Positions 23,371-31,757 are shown, numbered from the stretch's first letter. The stretch is 32,000 nt of DNA from Candidatus Saccharimonadota bacterium (GCA_016699145.1 CP064962.1:1290001-1322000), one strand, 5' to 3'. Translations and numbers: made by a program. The notes: a model not told the origin generated them from the sequence alone.

Positions 23371-25566
23371 ATGGATGTCACGCCCAATCCAATTCCAGAA
23401 AACAATCCAAATTTGGAAATGAAACCGAGTCCTGAGCCTGTGCCAAATGCTCCGTCACCTTTGCAAAATCCAGCGCCTCTGCAAAATTCCGCCTCTTTGC
23501 CCAATCCTGCTCCCAAAAAAACTCTGACTCCCGAAGAAAAAAAAGTCCAGCGCCAGGCCACGTTAAAACGCTTGGCCACGGTTTCAGTCGCCCTTTATGT
23601 CTTTCTTTTGTTGTTGATTTTTGCCTGGGGCACCTTCACCGCAGGGGTAGAACTCACGGTTTTTGATTACCTGCCGCTCAGCCAGAACACCTTCAGTGGA
23701 GCCTTGATGACTTTGTTTCATATTCTCTTAGGAGCCAGCGTTTTTATTTTGTTCTTCTACAGTTTAGTGGCTCTCCTTAAGTCCATGTTCACCAAAAAAG
23801 AAGAGGTGGAAAAAAAGAAAAAAGCGTCTCGAAAAGCATTGCTCGGAGGCTTGACCTTTCTCCTGTTTGCAGCCGCTTGGTTGGCGGGCATTTGGTATTT
23901 GGGGCCTCGTTTGGTGCTTACCGATCTTTACGAGTCTCCCATCAAAACCATTCCCACTCAAACGCTGGGTTTGACTTCTCCCGTTGAAATTCGTTTCGAT
24001 GCCAGTGGAATTCCGGTGGACACCAAGCTTTATAGAATTCTTTCTTACACCTGGGATTTTGGAGATGGAGCCACGGCCAATGGAGTCAGCACTGCACACA
24101 CTTACACGCAAAAAGCCACTGGAAACGGAATTTACACCGTGCTTCTTTCCGTGCGTTATGCCGATCTGAGCACGGGTGAACAATTTGAAGACACTTTCAA
24201 AACCACCGTGGCCATTGCCAATGAAAAGACAGCCGCCTATTTCACGGCCAATCCTGAAGCAGGGGAATTGCCCTTGAAAGTGCATTTCGACGCCACCAGT
24301 TCTTATGATCCCGACGGGGAAATTGTGGCCTACGAATGGGATTTCGACAACGACGGAAGTTTTGATGATGGAGAAGGAGAAGAAATCGATCACACCTTCA
24401 CTCAAGAAGGGGACTACCTCGTGTCTTTGCGCGTCACCGACAACAGTGGTGAATACAACACGGCCAGTCTCACCATTGAAGCGGGAAGCATTGGAGGCTT
24501 GCGTGCCGTCATCACCACCAACGTCGCAGAAGGGGAAGCCTACTACTTGGACGAAGAATATAAATTCGATGGCTCTCTTTCACAAATTGGAGAAGGGAAA
24601 ATCACTCAATACAGCTGGGATTTTGGAGATGGCAGTGTTGCCGTAAAGACGCGTTCCGTCAATCACCGTTTTGAAGCAGTGGGAGTTTATACGGTGGTGC
24701 TCACCGTGACCGATCCCGAAGGCAACAGCGATGAAAGCACGCTCGAAGTTCGGGTGGTGGAAGAAGGCTCCGCTCCCGAGGCAAAAATTTCTACGCTTCC
24801 AGCTTTAGAAAATAGAGCCGTTACGGGTCCGGTTCCTTTAGAAGTTCGTTTTGATGCCACTGCTTCTTTCGATGAAGAAAACGACATCGTGGACTATGAA
24901 TGGGATTTCGACAACGATGGAACGGTAGATGACACTGGGGACACCGCTACCCACACGTATCAAGTAGAAGGCTCTTTTGAAGCCCGCCTCATCACCACCG
25001 ACTCGGTTGGGAATGTGGACGAAGCCCTCGTGCCCATTGAAGTGACAGCTCAAGGACTCATCGCTCGTCTCGAAATCGATCAAAGCAATGGAGAAGTGCC
25101 GCTCACCGTTGAATTCGACGCCAGCGCATCGACCTACAAAGAAGGCAACATTGTCTCTTATGAATACGATTTTGGGGATGGAAGTGACAGCTACATTGGA
25201 GGCTCCAGCGTCACATATCGTTACAATGCCGTGGGTACTTTCACCGCCAGCGTCACCGTGATCGCGAGCGACGGAAAAAGAGGCAGCACCAGCGTTCAAA
25301 TTGTCGTTCGTCCTGTGGCTTTGACGGCTTGTTTCACCGTGAACACCGATTCCGGACAAGCACCCCTCTTCGTTTCTGTGGATCCTTCCTGTTCGGAGGG
25401 CACCGTGGATTCCTATCATTGGGATTTTGGCGACGGGGAAATCAGTTTTGACCGCAAACCCGAAACCCACACCTATTCCACTCCCGGCACCTACACCATC
25501 ACTTTAGAAGTGACCAGTGCAGAAGGAATCGTCAGCGTCTTTGAAAATGAAATCACCGTGCGCTAA
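23371..25566 (+). CDS. Polytopic membrane protein with Pro/Asn-rich N-terminal tail, 3 TM helices and 6 PKD domains
   Basis: The N-terminal tail reads PNPIPENNPNLEMKPSPEPVPNAPSPLQNPAPLQNSASLPNPAP. The TM helices are VSVALYVFLLLLIFAWGTF, ALMTLFHILLGASVFILFFYSLVALL and LLGGLTFLLFAAAWLAGIWYLG. Six WDFGDG/WDFDNDG PKD blocks follow. It starts 2 nt after the upstream stop. Confidence 0.8.
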   Translation: MDVTPNPIPENNPNLEMKPSPEPVPNAPSPLQNPAPLQNSASLPNPAPKKTLTPEEKKVQRQATLKRLATVSVALYVFLLLLIFAWGTFTAGVELTVFDYLPLSQNTFSGALMTLFHILLGASVFILFFYSLVALLKSMFTKKEEVEKKKKASRKALLGGLTFLLFAAAWLAGIWYLGPRLVLTDLYESPIKTIPTQTLGLTSPVEIRFDASGIPVDTKLYRILSYTWDFGDGATANGVSTAHTYTQKATGNGIYTVLLSVRYADLSTGEQFEDTFKTTVAIANEKTAAYFTANPEAGELPLKVHFDATSSYDPDGEIVAYEWDFDNDGSFDDGEGEEIDHTFTQEGDYLVSLRVTDNSGEYNTASLTIEAGSIGGLRAVITTNVAEGEAYYLDEEYKFDGSLSQIGEGKITQYSWDFGDGSVAVKTRSVNHRFEAVGVYTVVLTVTDPEGNSDESTLEVRVVEEGSAPEAKISTLPALENRAVTGPVPLEVRFDATASFDEENDIVDYEWDFDNDGTVDDTGDTATHTYQVEGSFEARLITTDSVGNVDEALVPIEVTAQGLIARLEIDQSNGEVPLTVEFDASASTYKEGNIVSYEYDFGDGSDSYIGGSSVTYRYNAVGTFTASVTVIASDGKRGSTSVQIVVRPVALTACFTVNTDSGQAPLFVSVDPSCSEGTVDSYHWDFGDGEISFDRKPETHTYSTPGTYTITLEVTSAEGIVSVFENEITVR
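23978..25563 (+). repeat. Array of 6 PKD domains
   Basis: The six blocks are SYTWDFGDGATANG, AYEWDFDNDGSFDDG, QYSWDFGDGSVAV, DYEWDFDNDGTVDD, SYEYDFGDGSDSY and SYHWDFGDGEISF. Each is followed by a Y-T-V/L-x-L-x-V-type strand. Confidence 0.8.
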
Positions 25567-26921
25567 GTTCGATTGGGGTGGACCAAATTTTCTAAAGCGA
25601 TGAGCTTCTTGTATTTTTCAGGAACTTTTTTCACAAAAGGGATTTTTTTAGCTTTGGATTCTTTCACCCACTCCGCCACTTCATGATAACCGAGCACGGG
25701 CGCCAAGGCTGTGGCCATCGCCGTACTGTTTTCCAAAACGATCTTCATTTGAGATGCGTTGGCCTCAATTCCTTCAATACAATGTTCGCGCAAAATTTGA
25801 AAACCCTGTGTCATGATTTCAATGGCATGCAAAAGATCGAACATGATGAGCGGTGTGTACCAATTGAGTTCCAATTGACCGCGCTGTGCAGCCAGCGCAA
25901 TGGCATGATCCATGGCCATGCTTTGCACGCAGATCATGCTCACACATTCTAAAACCGAAGGATTCACTTTTCCTGGCATGATAGAAGACCCAGGCTCCAC
26001 TTCAGGCAGTTGAATTTCTGCAAAAGCCCCACTGGAGAGCAGGCGTAAATCATCGCTCATGCGTAAAACTTCACTGGCGAGCCCTCGCAAAGCTCCAGAA
26101 ACAGAAGCAAAAACCGCCATGCTGTTGTTGTTCTCAAAAGGATTCAAAGCTTGAAACTCAATGTCCAAACGTCGACTCAAATTTTTACGCATTTTTTCAG
26201 TAAATTTTGGATGAGTGTTGATGCCACTTCCTGTAGCAGTGGCCCCAATGCCGGTGTAGGTCAATTCTTCGGCTGCAAAATCCAAACGCTCCAAAGCATG
26301 TTCCAGAGCACTGGCATAGGATTTGAATTCTTGGCCCAGCGTTACGGGCACGGCATCCTGCAAATGAGTGCGGCCCACTTTCAAGATTTTTTCAAATTTC
26401 TTTGCTTTCTTTTCCAAAGCTTCAATCAAATCCAAACCACTCACCACCAGTCCTCCCAAATCCATCAGGGCTGCGAGCCGAATGGCCGTGGGAATCACAT
26501 CGTTGGACGATTGACTCATGTTCACGTGATTGTTGGGGTGCACCCGCTTGTATTCCCCCTTTTTTCCACCCAAAAGTTCACTGGCTCGATTGGCTAAAAT
26601 TTCATTCAAATTCATATTGAAAGGGGTGCCAGCTCCCGCTTGATAAACATCCAACTGAAAATCTGCATCGAATTTTCCATCTAAAAATTCTTCTCCTGCT
26701 TGAACAATGGCCGCCGCACTTTTTTTAGGCAGATGACCCAACGCCGCATTCACTTCCGCCGCTGCCATTTTAATGAGAGCCAAGCTGACACGAAAAGAAT
26801 CGGGCGCTTTGAGATTTGAAATTTTAAAATTGGCTAAGGCCCGCGCAGTGAAACTCCCCCCATAACTCTCTGAAGGGACCTGAACAGAACCCAATGCATC
26901 GATTTCAGTACGAGTTTTCAT
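25563..26921 (-). CDS. Class II fumarate hydratase / aspartate ammonia-lyase family enzyme (subfamily not resolved)
   Basis: The signature GSSIMPGKVNPS is present. SQSSNDVIPTA and LANRASELLGG resemble FumC, while DVYQAGAGT resembles aspartase. The stop overlaps the convergent PKD gene stop. Confidence 0.8.
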   Translation of the reverse strand: MKTRTEIDALGSVQVPSESYGGSFTARALANFKISNLKAPDSFRVSLALIKMAAAEVNAALGHLPKKSAAAIVQAGEEFLDGKFDADFQLDVYQAGAGTPFNMNLNEILANRASELLGGKKGEYKRVHPNNHVNMSQSSNDVIPTAIRLAALMDLGGLVVSGLDLIEALEKKAKKFEKILKVGRTHLQDAVPVTLGQEFKSYASALEHALERLDFAAEELTYTGIGATATGSGINTHPKFTEKMRKNLSRRLDIEFQALNPFENNNSMAVFASVSGALRGLASEVLRMSDDLRLLSSGAFAEIQLPEVEPGSSIMPGKVNPSVLECVSMICVQSMAMDHAIALAAQRGQLELNWYTPLIMFDLLHAIEIMTQGFQILREHCIEGIEANASQMKIVLENSTAMATALAPVLGYHEVAEWVKESKAKKIPFVKKVPEKYKKLIALENLVHPNRT

Positions 26922-26936
26922 GAGAAGGAGGAAAGT

Positions 26937-27575
26937 TTAAAAGAGATTTTCTTCAGGCTTAGTTTTACCTAAAAATCCTTGCGCGACAATATAGGTTTCA
27001 TAGCTTCGGTCGCGACAAGCTTCGGGTTTAAAAACATTCACCGTTCTAAAATGACGTTTCACTTTTCGCAAAACGCGTTGAAACTCACTGCCTTCAAAAA
27101 TCTTTCCAACAAAATAGCCGCCTGGTTTTAAAATCTGTATAGCCAAGTAAGCCGCTTGATCGGTGAGTTCCGCCGAAAGTCCGGTGTCCATGTCTTTCAC
27201 ACCACTGGTTTTTGGAGCTAAATCGCTGGTCACGCCATCGACTTTCTGAAACCCATTCTTTTCAAGGGTTTCAAAAAAAACTTCTTTCTCAAAAATGTCC
27301 CCTTGCGCGGTTTTCATGTTGGCTTGAGGGAAAGTTTCCATTGCCTGCAAATCCACTCCCAATACCTGCCCTTGCATTCCAACGAGTTCGGCAATCACTT
27401 GCATGAAACTGCCCGGAGCTGCTCCTAAATCCACCACCATTTGTCCAGGTTTAATCAGATGAAATTTCTTTTGTATATCTAAAAGTTTAAAAGCGCTGCG
27501 CGCTCGATAGCCCTTTTGTTTGGCGAGCAAAAAGTACTTGTCTTGAACTTGGTAAGGGTGAGGTTTTTTAGGCAT
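26937..27575 (-). CDS. rlmE: 23S rRNA (uridine2552-2'-O)-methyltransferase RlmE/FtsJ
   Basis: YRARSAFKLLDIQKKF and the SAM motif VVDLGAAPGSF are present. ATG at 27575 is preferred, with GTG at 27593 as the alternative. Confidence 0.85.
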   Translation of the reverse strand: MPKKPHPYQVQDKYFLLAKQKGYRARSAFKLLDIQKKFHLIKPGQMVVDLGAAPGSFMQVIAELVGMQGQVLGVDLQAMETFPQANMKTAQGDIFEKEVFFETLEKNGFQKVDGVTSDLAPKTSGVKDMDTGLSAELTDQAAYLAIQILKPGGYFVGKIFEGSEFQRVLRKVKRHFRTVNVFKPEACRDRSYETYIVAQGFLGKTKPEENLF

Positions 27576-27576
27576 C

Positions 27577-28221
27577 TTATAAAGGTTTAGCACTGGGAAC
27601 CCCCACTCGTCGAGGGTAGGATGCAGACAAGGATTTCACTTTTTCAAAGCGTAAAATCACGCGCTCTTCAGAACCCGCAAGGGAATAGATAAAAGAATCG
27701 CGATACAGCAGCCCCAATTCCGCTTGAGCTCTTTGAGAAGTTGTCAATTCTTCCAGGTATTCAGGTCCCTTCCAAGCGTAAAGATGCCCACCAACTTTTA
27801 AAAAACTTGAGGAGTATTCCAAAAGCACCGGCAAAGCCGCTAAAGCGCGTGCCGTCACAAAATCAAAACGCTCCCGATATTTTTTTTCATGACCCAATTC
27901 TTCCAAACGTCCCACAAGCGTGCTGGCATTTTTAAGTTTCAAAGCCTCAATCATCTGCTGCACGGCTTTCATTTTTTTTTCACGAGCATCCACCAAAGTG
28001 AACTTCACCTCCGGGCAACTCACTGCCAAAGCCAACCCTGGCAATCCGCCCCCGGTGCCCACATCCATACCCTGGGCCCCTTTTTTCACCATCCAAAATT
28101 CAAGCACCGCCAGACTGTCGGGCAAATGCTTCTCCCCAATCTTCAATCGATCTCCCGCTGAAAACAGATTAAGCTCCTGGCTCTTCTGTTCCAATAGGCT
28201 CTGGAGTAGGGGAAGGTTCAT
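27577..28221 (-). CDS. rsmG: 16S rRNA (guanine527-N7)-methyltransferase RsmG (GidB)
   Basis: It contains HLPDSL, the SAM motif DVGTGGGLPGLALA and TLVDAREKK. The start is uncertain (ATG 28221, ATG 28254, ATG 28293 or TTG 28194), and every candidate overlaps the upstream lipoprotein ORF. Confidence 0.8.
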   Translation of the reverse strand: MNLPLLQSLLEQKSQELNLFSAGDRLKIGEKHLPDSLAVLEFWMVKKGAQGMDVGTGGGLPGLALAVSCPEVKFTLVDAREKKMKAVQQMIEALKLKNASTLVGRLEELGHEKKYRERFDFVTARALAALPVLLEYSSSFLKVGGHLYAWKGPEYLEELTTSQRAQAELGLLYRDSFIYSLAGSEERVILRFEKVKSLSASYPRRVGVPSAKPL

Positions 28222-28678
28222 GGGGTTCAGAAACGGGTTCAAGGGGCTCTTCATTTTCAATGCCTTCAGGATTCTCAAGGGGTTCTTCCGCAAGGGGTTC
28301 TTCCACCGCAGGCTCGCCCTGCAAAGTCAGCTCAATGGAAGCCGAAGCCGTCTCGGTGGTCGTAGGGTCAAAAACAGTAGCGGTCACTTCACAAGCCGCC
28401 CCTGTAGGTAAATCTTTCATCAGAGTCAAAGGAAGTTTGTGCACGGTAGAAACAGGACTATCCTCGTCCACAATCGGCAAAAGTTCCAAGGGTTCAGCCC
28501 CGTCACAGCTCACTTTGGAGATGTAAGCCAAGGTGGGCTGACTCACCACAAAGTCCAAGGTGCTGACTGCAGGATCCACCACCGAGCCTGGGGCATTGGT
28601 GAAGGTGAGGGTATAAGGTGCAACTAAAGAACAGCCGGCGCTGAGCAGCAAAGCGGCAAAGGAAAGAGTCTTTTTCAT
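28169..28678 (-). CDS. Putative lipoprotein with acidic E/P-rich C-terminal tail
   Basis: MKKTLSFAALLLSAGC has a lipobox-like LSAGC with Cys at position 16. The C-terminus reads EEPLAEEPLENPEGIENEEPLEPVSEPHEPSPTPEP. Confidence 0.6.
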   Translation of the reverse strand: MKKTLSFAALLLSAGCSLVAPYTLTFTNAPGSVVDPAVSTLDFVVSQPTLAYISKVSCDGAEPLELLPIVDEDSPVSTVHKLPLTLMKDLPTGAACEVTATVFDPTTTETASASIELTLQGEPAVEEPLAEEPLENPEGIENEEPLEPVSEPHEPSPTPEPIGTEEPGA

Positions 28679-28708
28679 GGCGTTTTAAAAGGATTCAAGA
28701 AGACGATA

Positions 28709-29422
28709 CTAGCGGTATTGAACCAATGCAAGAGCTGCGATCACCGCCGTTTCCATGCGCAGCACCGTTTCTCCCAATAAAAACACTCGAGCATCCTTTG
28801 CTCTTAAAGCAGAGAGTTCCTCAGAACTGAGTCCGCCTTCAGGACCAATGAAAAGATTCACATCTTCTGCATTTGAGGGTAAAAGAGCAGCCAAAGGCCC
28901 ATCGTAGTCCCACGCATCACCCACCAAGCTTGTGCCTTTAGGAAAGTTCATGAGCAAATCTTTAAAAGAAAGCAGTCCATGCAAGTGAGGCAAATGATTG
29001 CGCTCGCATTGTTCTGCCGCTTCTTTCATAATGGCAAGCAAACGGTCATTTTTACGCAATTCATGCACTTGAGTGCGTTCGGTTTCGAGTGGAATCAGCT
29101 CGGTGACGCCCATTTCGCTGGCTTTTTCAACGATCCATTCAAAGGTGGACGGTTTTTTTGAAAGAGCCACATACAAACGCAGCGCTCGTTTAGGCGCAGT
29201 CACTCGCTCACGCGCTTCGATTCTAAACATGGCTTCCTTGGAGTGAAATTCTTCTAAAACAGCTTTGGCTTTGCCCCCGCGATTGTCTAAAAGCACGCAA
29301 GTATCCCCTTTGCGAAAACGCAGTACATCCTTCATTTGATGTAAAAGATTTTTTTCAGTGATATGAACTGAAGGGGCGCTCAAATCTGCATCCAAAAAAA
29401 AGTGTTGAATTTGTCGCATCAT
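28709..29422 (-). CDS. rsmE: 16S rRNA (uracil1498-N3)-methyltransferase RsmE
   Basis: It has a PUA-like N-terminus (HQMKDVLRFRKGD) and the C-terminal FIGPEGGLSSEEL motif. The start overlaps the polX stop by 4 nt. Confidence 0.85.
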   Translation of the reverse strand: MMRQIQHFFLDADLSAPSVHITEKNLLHQMKDVLRFRKGDTCVLLDNRGGKAKAVLEEFHSKEAMFRIEARERVTAPKRALRLYVALSKKPSTFEWIVEKASEMGVTELIPLETERTQVHELRKNDRLLAIMKEAAEQCERNHLPHLHGLLSFKDLLMNFPKGTSLVGDAWDYDGPLAALLPSNAEDVNLFIGPEGGLSSEELSALRAKDARVFLLGETVLRMETAVIAALALVQYR

Positions 29423-30396
29423 TGAAAGTGGTGACGTTCTTGCGGAGTCATATAAGGCATTTCCAGTGCTTCAAACATTTCTTCCTCCGTTTTGCCAGCA
29501 AGTTTTTCTTCCCCCTGATACACGCCATATTCATTGATTTTGAGGCCTCGTTTCAAAGCCAAAGTGCGCACATGGATATTGAATTGCTTGGGGCCGGTGA
29601 AATAAAAAAGAGCCGCTCCAAAACTGTCTTCATCCACCACGCGAAAATCCACCTGAAGGTTGCCATGAATCACCACGCTGGATTTGGTTTCCCCTTCGGC
29701 AAGCACAGTTTGAACTTTAGGGTAAGCAATGAAATACTTCATAAGTGCTGCAACCGTTTCAGTACTCATATTTTTCCCTCCGGTAGCCAAAAGATCCAAA
29801 TCGCCAATGGTGCTTTGCCCTCTTCGCAAACTGCCCGCATAAACCACTTCTTTAATGAGAAGATTTTTTCGCAAATAACTCAAATAGGCTTCGGCCTCCG
29901 GCAAAGCCACTTCATGAGGAGTGCGTGTCTTACTTTGAGTGTTTTCATTCAACGCCACCAAAATGGCGGACTGACTTTTTTCACCCATCCCTGGCAGAGT
30001 CGCCAGGGCACCGCTTTCGGCGGCACTGCGGAGTTGCTCCAAACTTTGAATGCCCAATTGCTCATAAAAGAGCTTCACTTTTTTAGGACCGATGCCGCGC
30101 ACTCGCAAAATGTCCAAAATGCCCGGAGACAGTTTTTTCATGAGTCGTTCATGCATTTCACAGTGCCCGGTTTCTAAAATTTCCACGATTTTTGCATGCA
30201 AATCTTTGCCAATGCCAGGAATTTCCTCTAAATCTGCATCGCGATTTTTATGCATTTCTTTCAGGTCACTCAGCCCCCGAATGACTTCTGCTGCTCGGCG
30301 ATAGGCTCGCACGCGAAACACATTTTCCCCAAGCACGTCGAGCATGTCGGCGATCTCTTCAAAAATTTGAACAATGTGATCGTTTGCAAGAGACAT
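29419..30396 (-). CDS. Family X DNA polymerase (Pol beta-like core only, no PHP domain)
   Basis: It has the N-terminal IFEEIADMLDVLGENVFRVRAYRRAA, HhH motifs IPGIGKDLHAKI and VRGIGPKKVKLF, and the catalytic GSLRRGQSTIGDLDLL. It is 325 aa. Confidence 0.85.
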   Translation of the reverse strand: MSLANDHIVQIFEEIADMLDVLGENVFRVRAYRRAAEVIRGLSDLKEMHKNRDADLEEIPGIGKDLHAKIVEILETGHCEMHERLMKKLSPGILDILRVRGIGPKKVKLFYEQLGIQSLEQLRSAAESGALATLPGMGEKSQSAILVALNENTQSKTRTPHEVALPEAEAYLSYLRKNLLIKEVVYAGSLRRGQSTIGDLDLLATGGKNMSTETVAALMKYFIAYPKVQTVLAEGETKSSVVIHGNLQVDFRVVDEDSFGAALFYFTGPKQFNIHVRTLALKRGLKINEYGVYQGEEKLAGKTEEEMFEALEMPYMTPQERHHFQ

Positions 30397-30462
30397 GAAT
30401 CCAGCTAAGTCACATTCAGTATAGAAGCTTTCTTTTTCTTAAGGAACCCCTAAAATACAAAC

Positions 30463-31697
30463 ATGGACATTCTTGTGATTGGAGGAGGGGCAGCCGGCAT
30501 GATGGCCGCAGTGGAGGCTGTGCAAAATCCTCAGGCCAAAGTGATGCTCATCGAAAAAAATCCAGGCCTCGGACACAAAGTGCTCATTTCGGGTGGAGGT
30601 CGCTGCAACGTGACCACCGGTTTTCACGATCTTCGAGCTCTTGTTCAACGCTATCCACGTGGAGGAAAATTCTTGCAATCGGCTTTTTATCGTTTTTCAC
30701 CTCAGGCTGTGATGGATTGGTTTGAGACCCACGACGTGCCCTTAAAAGTGGAGGCAGACGGACGCGTTTTTCCTCAATCCGACAATGGCAAGGATGTGCT
30801 GGGCGCTCTCGAAAAATCCCTTCAAGCAAAGGGAGCAAAAATTCTGCTGCGAAAAGAAGTCGCCTCCATTCAAAAAGAGAGGCGTTTTCTCGTAACTCTC
30901 AAGTCCGGCGAAAGCTTCGAAGTGGACAAAGTCATTCTCACAACCGGTGGACAGGCCTATCGACACACGGGTTCCACAGGGGACGGCTATAGCTTTGCCG
31001 AAAGCTTGGGACATCACATCACACCGCTCGCTCCCAGCCTCAACTCTTTCATTGTGAAAGAAAATGGCCTCGTGAATTGGCGGGAGTTTCCCTCAAAAAA
31101 GTTCAGCTCAAAATCAAAACGAAGCAAAAATATGAATGGACGGGACCCATCCTCTTCACTCATAGAGGCATCACGGGGCCAGCTGTTTTTGCGCTTTCTT
31201 CCATGATCGCTTTTGAAAATTACAGTGAAAAAGAACCGCTACTCCTACTCTTAGATTTTTGCCCGGACACCAAGGCCAATGTGCTGGAAGAAGAGCTAAC
31301 GAAAGAACTCAAAGAAAACCCAAAAAAACAATTCAACAATCTGCTCGCTCGCTTCGTTCCTCGCTCGCTCGCCTTAAAACTCTGCGAAGCTCTGGCCCTC
31401 CCCGAAGAAAAAATCAGTGCCGAACTCAGCAAAAAAGATTTTCACCGAACACTTGAACTGCTTAAAAATTGCCCCATACAACTCATCGGGCGTGCCGCCG
31501 GGGAAGAATTCGTCACTGCCGGGGGAGTGGACACCGATGAAGTCGATCCTCGCAGCATGGAATCCAAAATCTGTCCCGACCTTTATTTTGCCGGAGAAAT
31601 TTTAAACGTGGATGGCTTCACGGGCGGTTTCAATTTACAAGCCGCTTGGGCCACCGGACATCTGGCAGGGGTCAGCGCCGCAGAACTCAAGGCTTGA
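30463..31697 (+). pseudogene. HI0933/YhiN-family FAD-dependent oxidoreductase, split by a 1-nt frameshift near 31060-31065
   Basis: The first frame carries VIGGGAAGMMAA and ISGGGRCNVT and runs to ...PSLNSFIVKE. The second frame continues KWPRELAGVSLKKVQLKI...GPILFTHRGITGPAVF...TAGGVDTDEVDP...AGEILNVDGFTGGFNLQ. Together the two ORFs (30463-31206 and 31077-31697) make one normal-length protein. Confidence 0.8.
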
Positions 31698-31708
31698 AGC
31701 TTCTTGTT

Positions 31709-31736
31709 TTGCAAAGGCCATAAGGTGGTTTATAAT
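31709..31736 (+). promoter_or_regulatory. Near-consensus promoter for msrB (TTGCAA, 16 nt, TATAAT)
   Basis: The -35 TTGCAA is at 31709-31714 and the -10 TATAAT at 31731-31736, 21 nt upstream of the ATG at 31758. Confidence 0.5.
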
Positions 31737-31757
31737 GAAATTCGTCTATTCCACTCC

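Noticed and set aside
19895-25563. Recurring tgggattttggagatgg-type sequence that could suggest a nucleotide repeat array or CRISPR
   Set aside because: The recurrences are the WDFGDG motif of PKD domains inside long ORFs. Their spacing is irregular (about 250-330 nt) and the flanks are diverged, so there are no direct repeats with spacers.
16629-25566. Calling the locus a type IV secretion or conjugation system
   Set aside because: The window contains only pilin-like modules. There is no VirB4/VirD4/VirB11 ATPase, VirB6/8/9/10, relaxase or integrase, so a T4SS call is unsupported.
29422-30177. 251-aa plus-strand ORF inside polX
   Set aside because: It is antisense to a PolX gene with intact HhH and catalytic motifs, so I treat it as a shadow ORF.
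30397-30462. Possible leaderless promoter for the flavoprotein gene (TAAAAT ending 6 nt before ATG 30463)
   Set aside because: I found no acceptable -35 or extended -10 TG, and AT-rich hexamers like this occur by chance.
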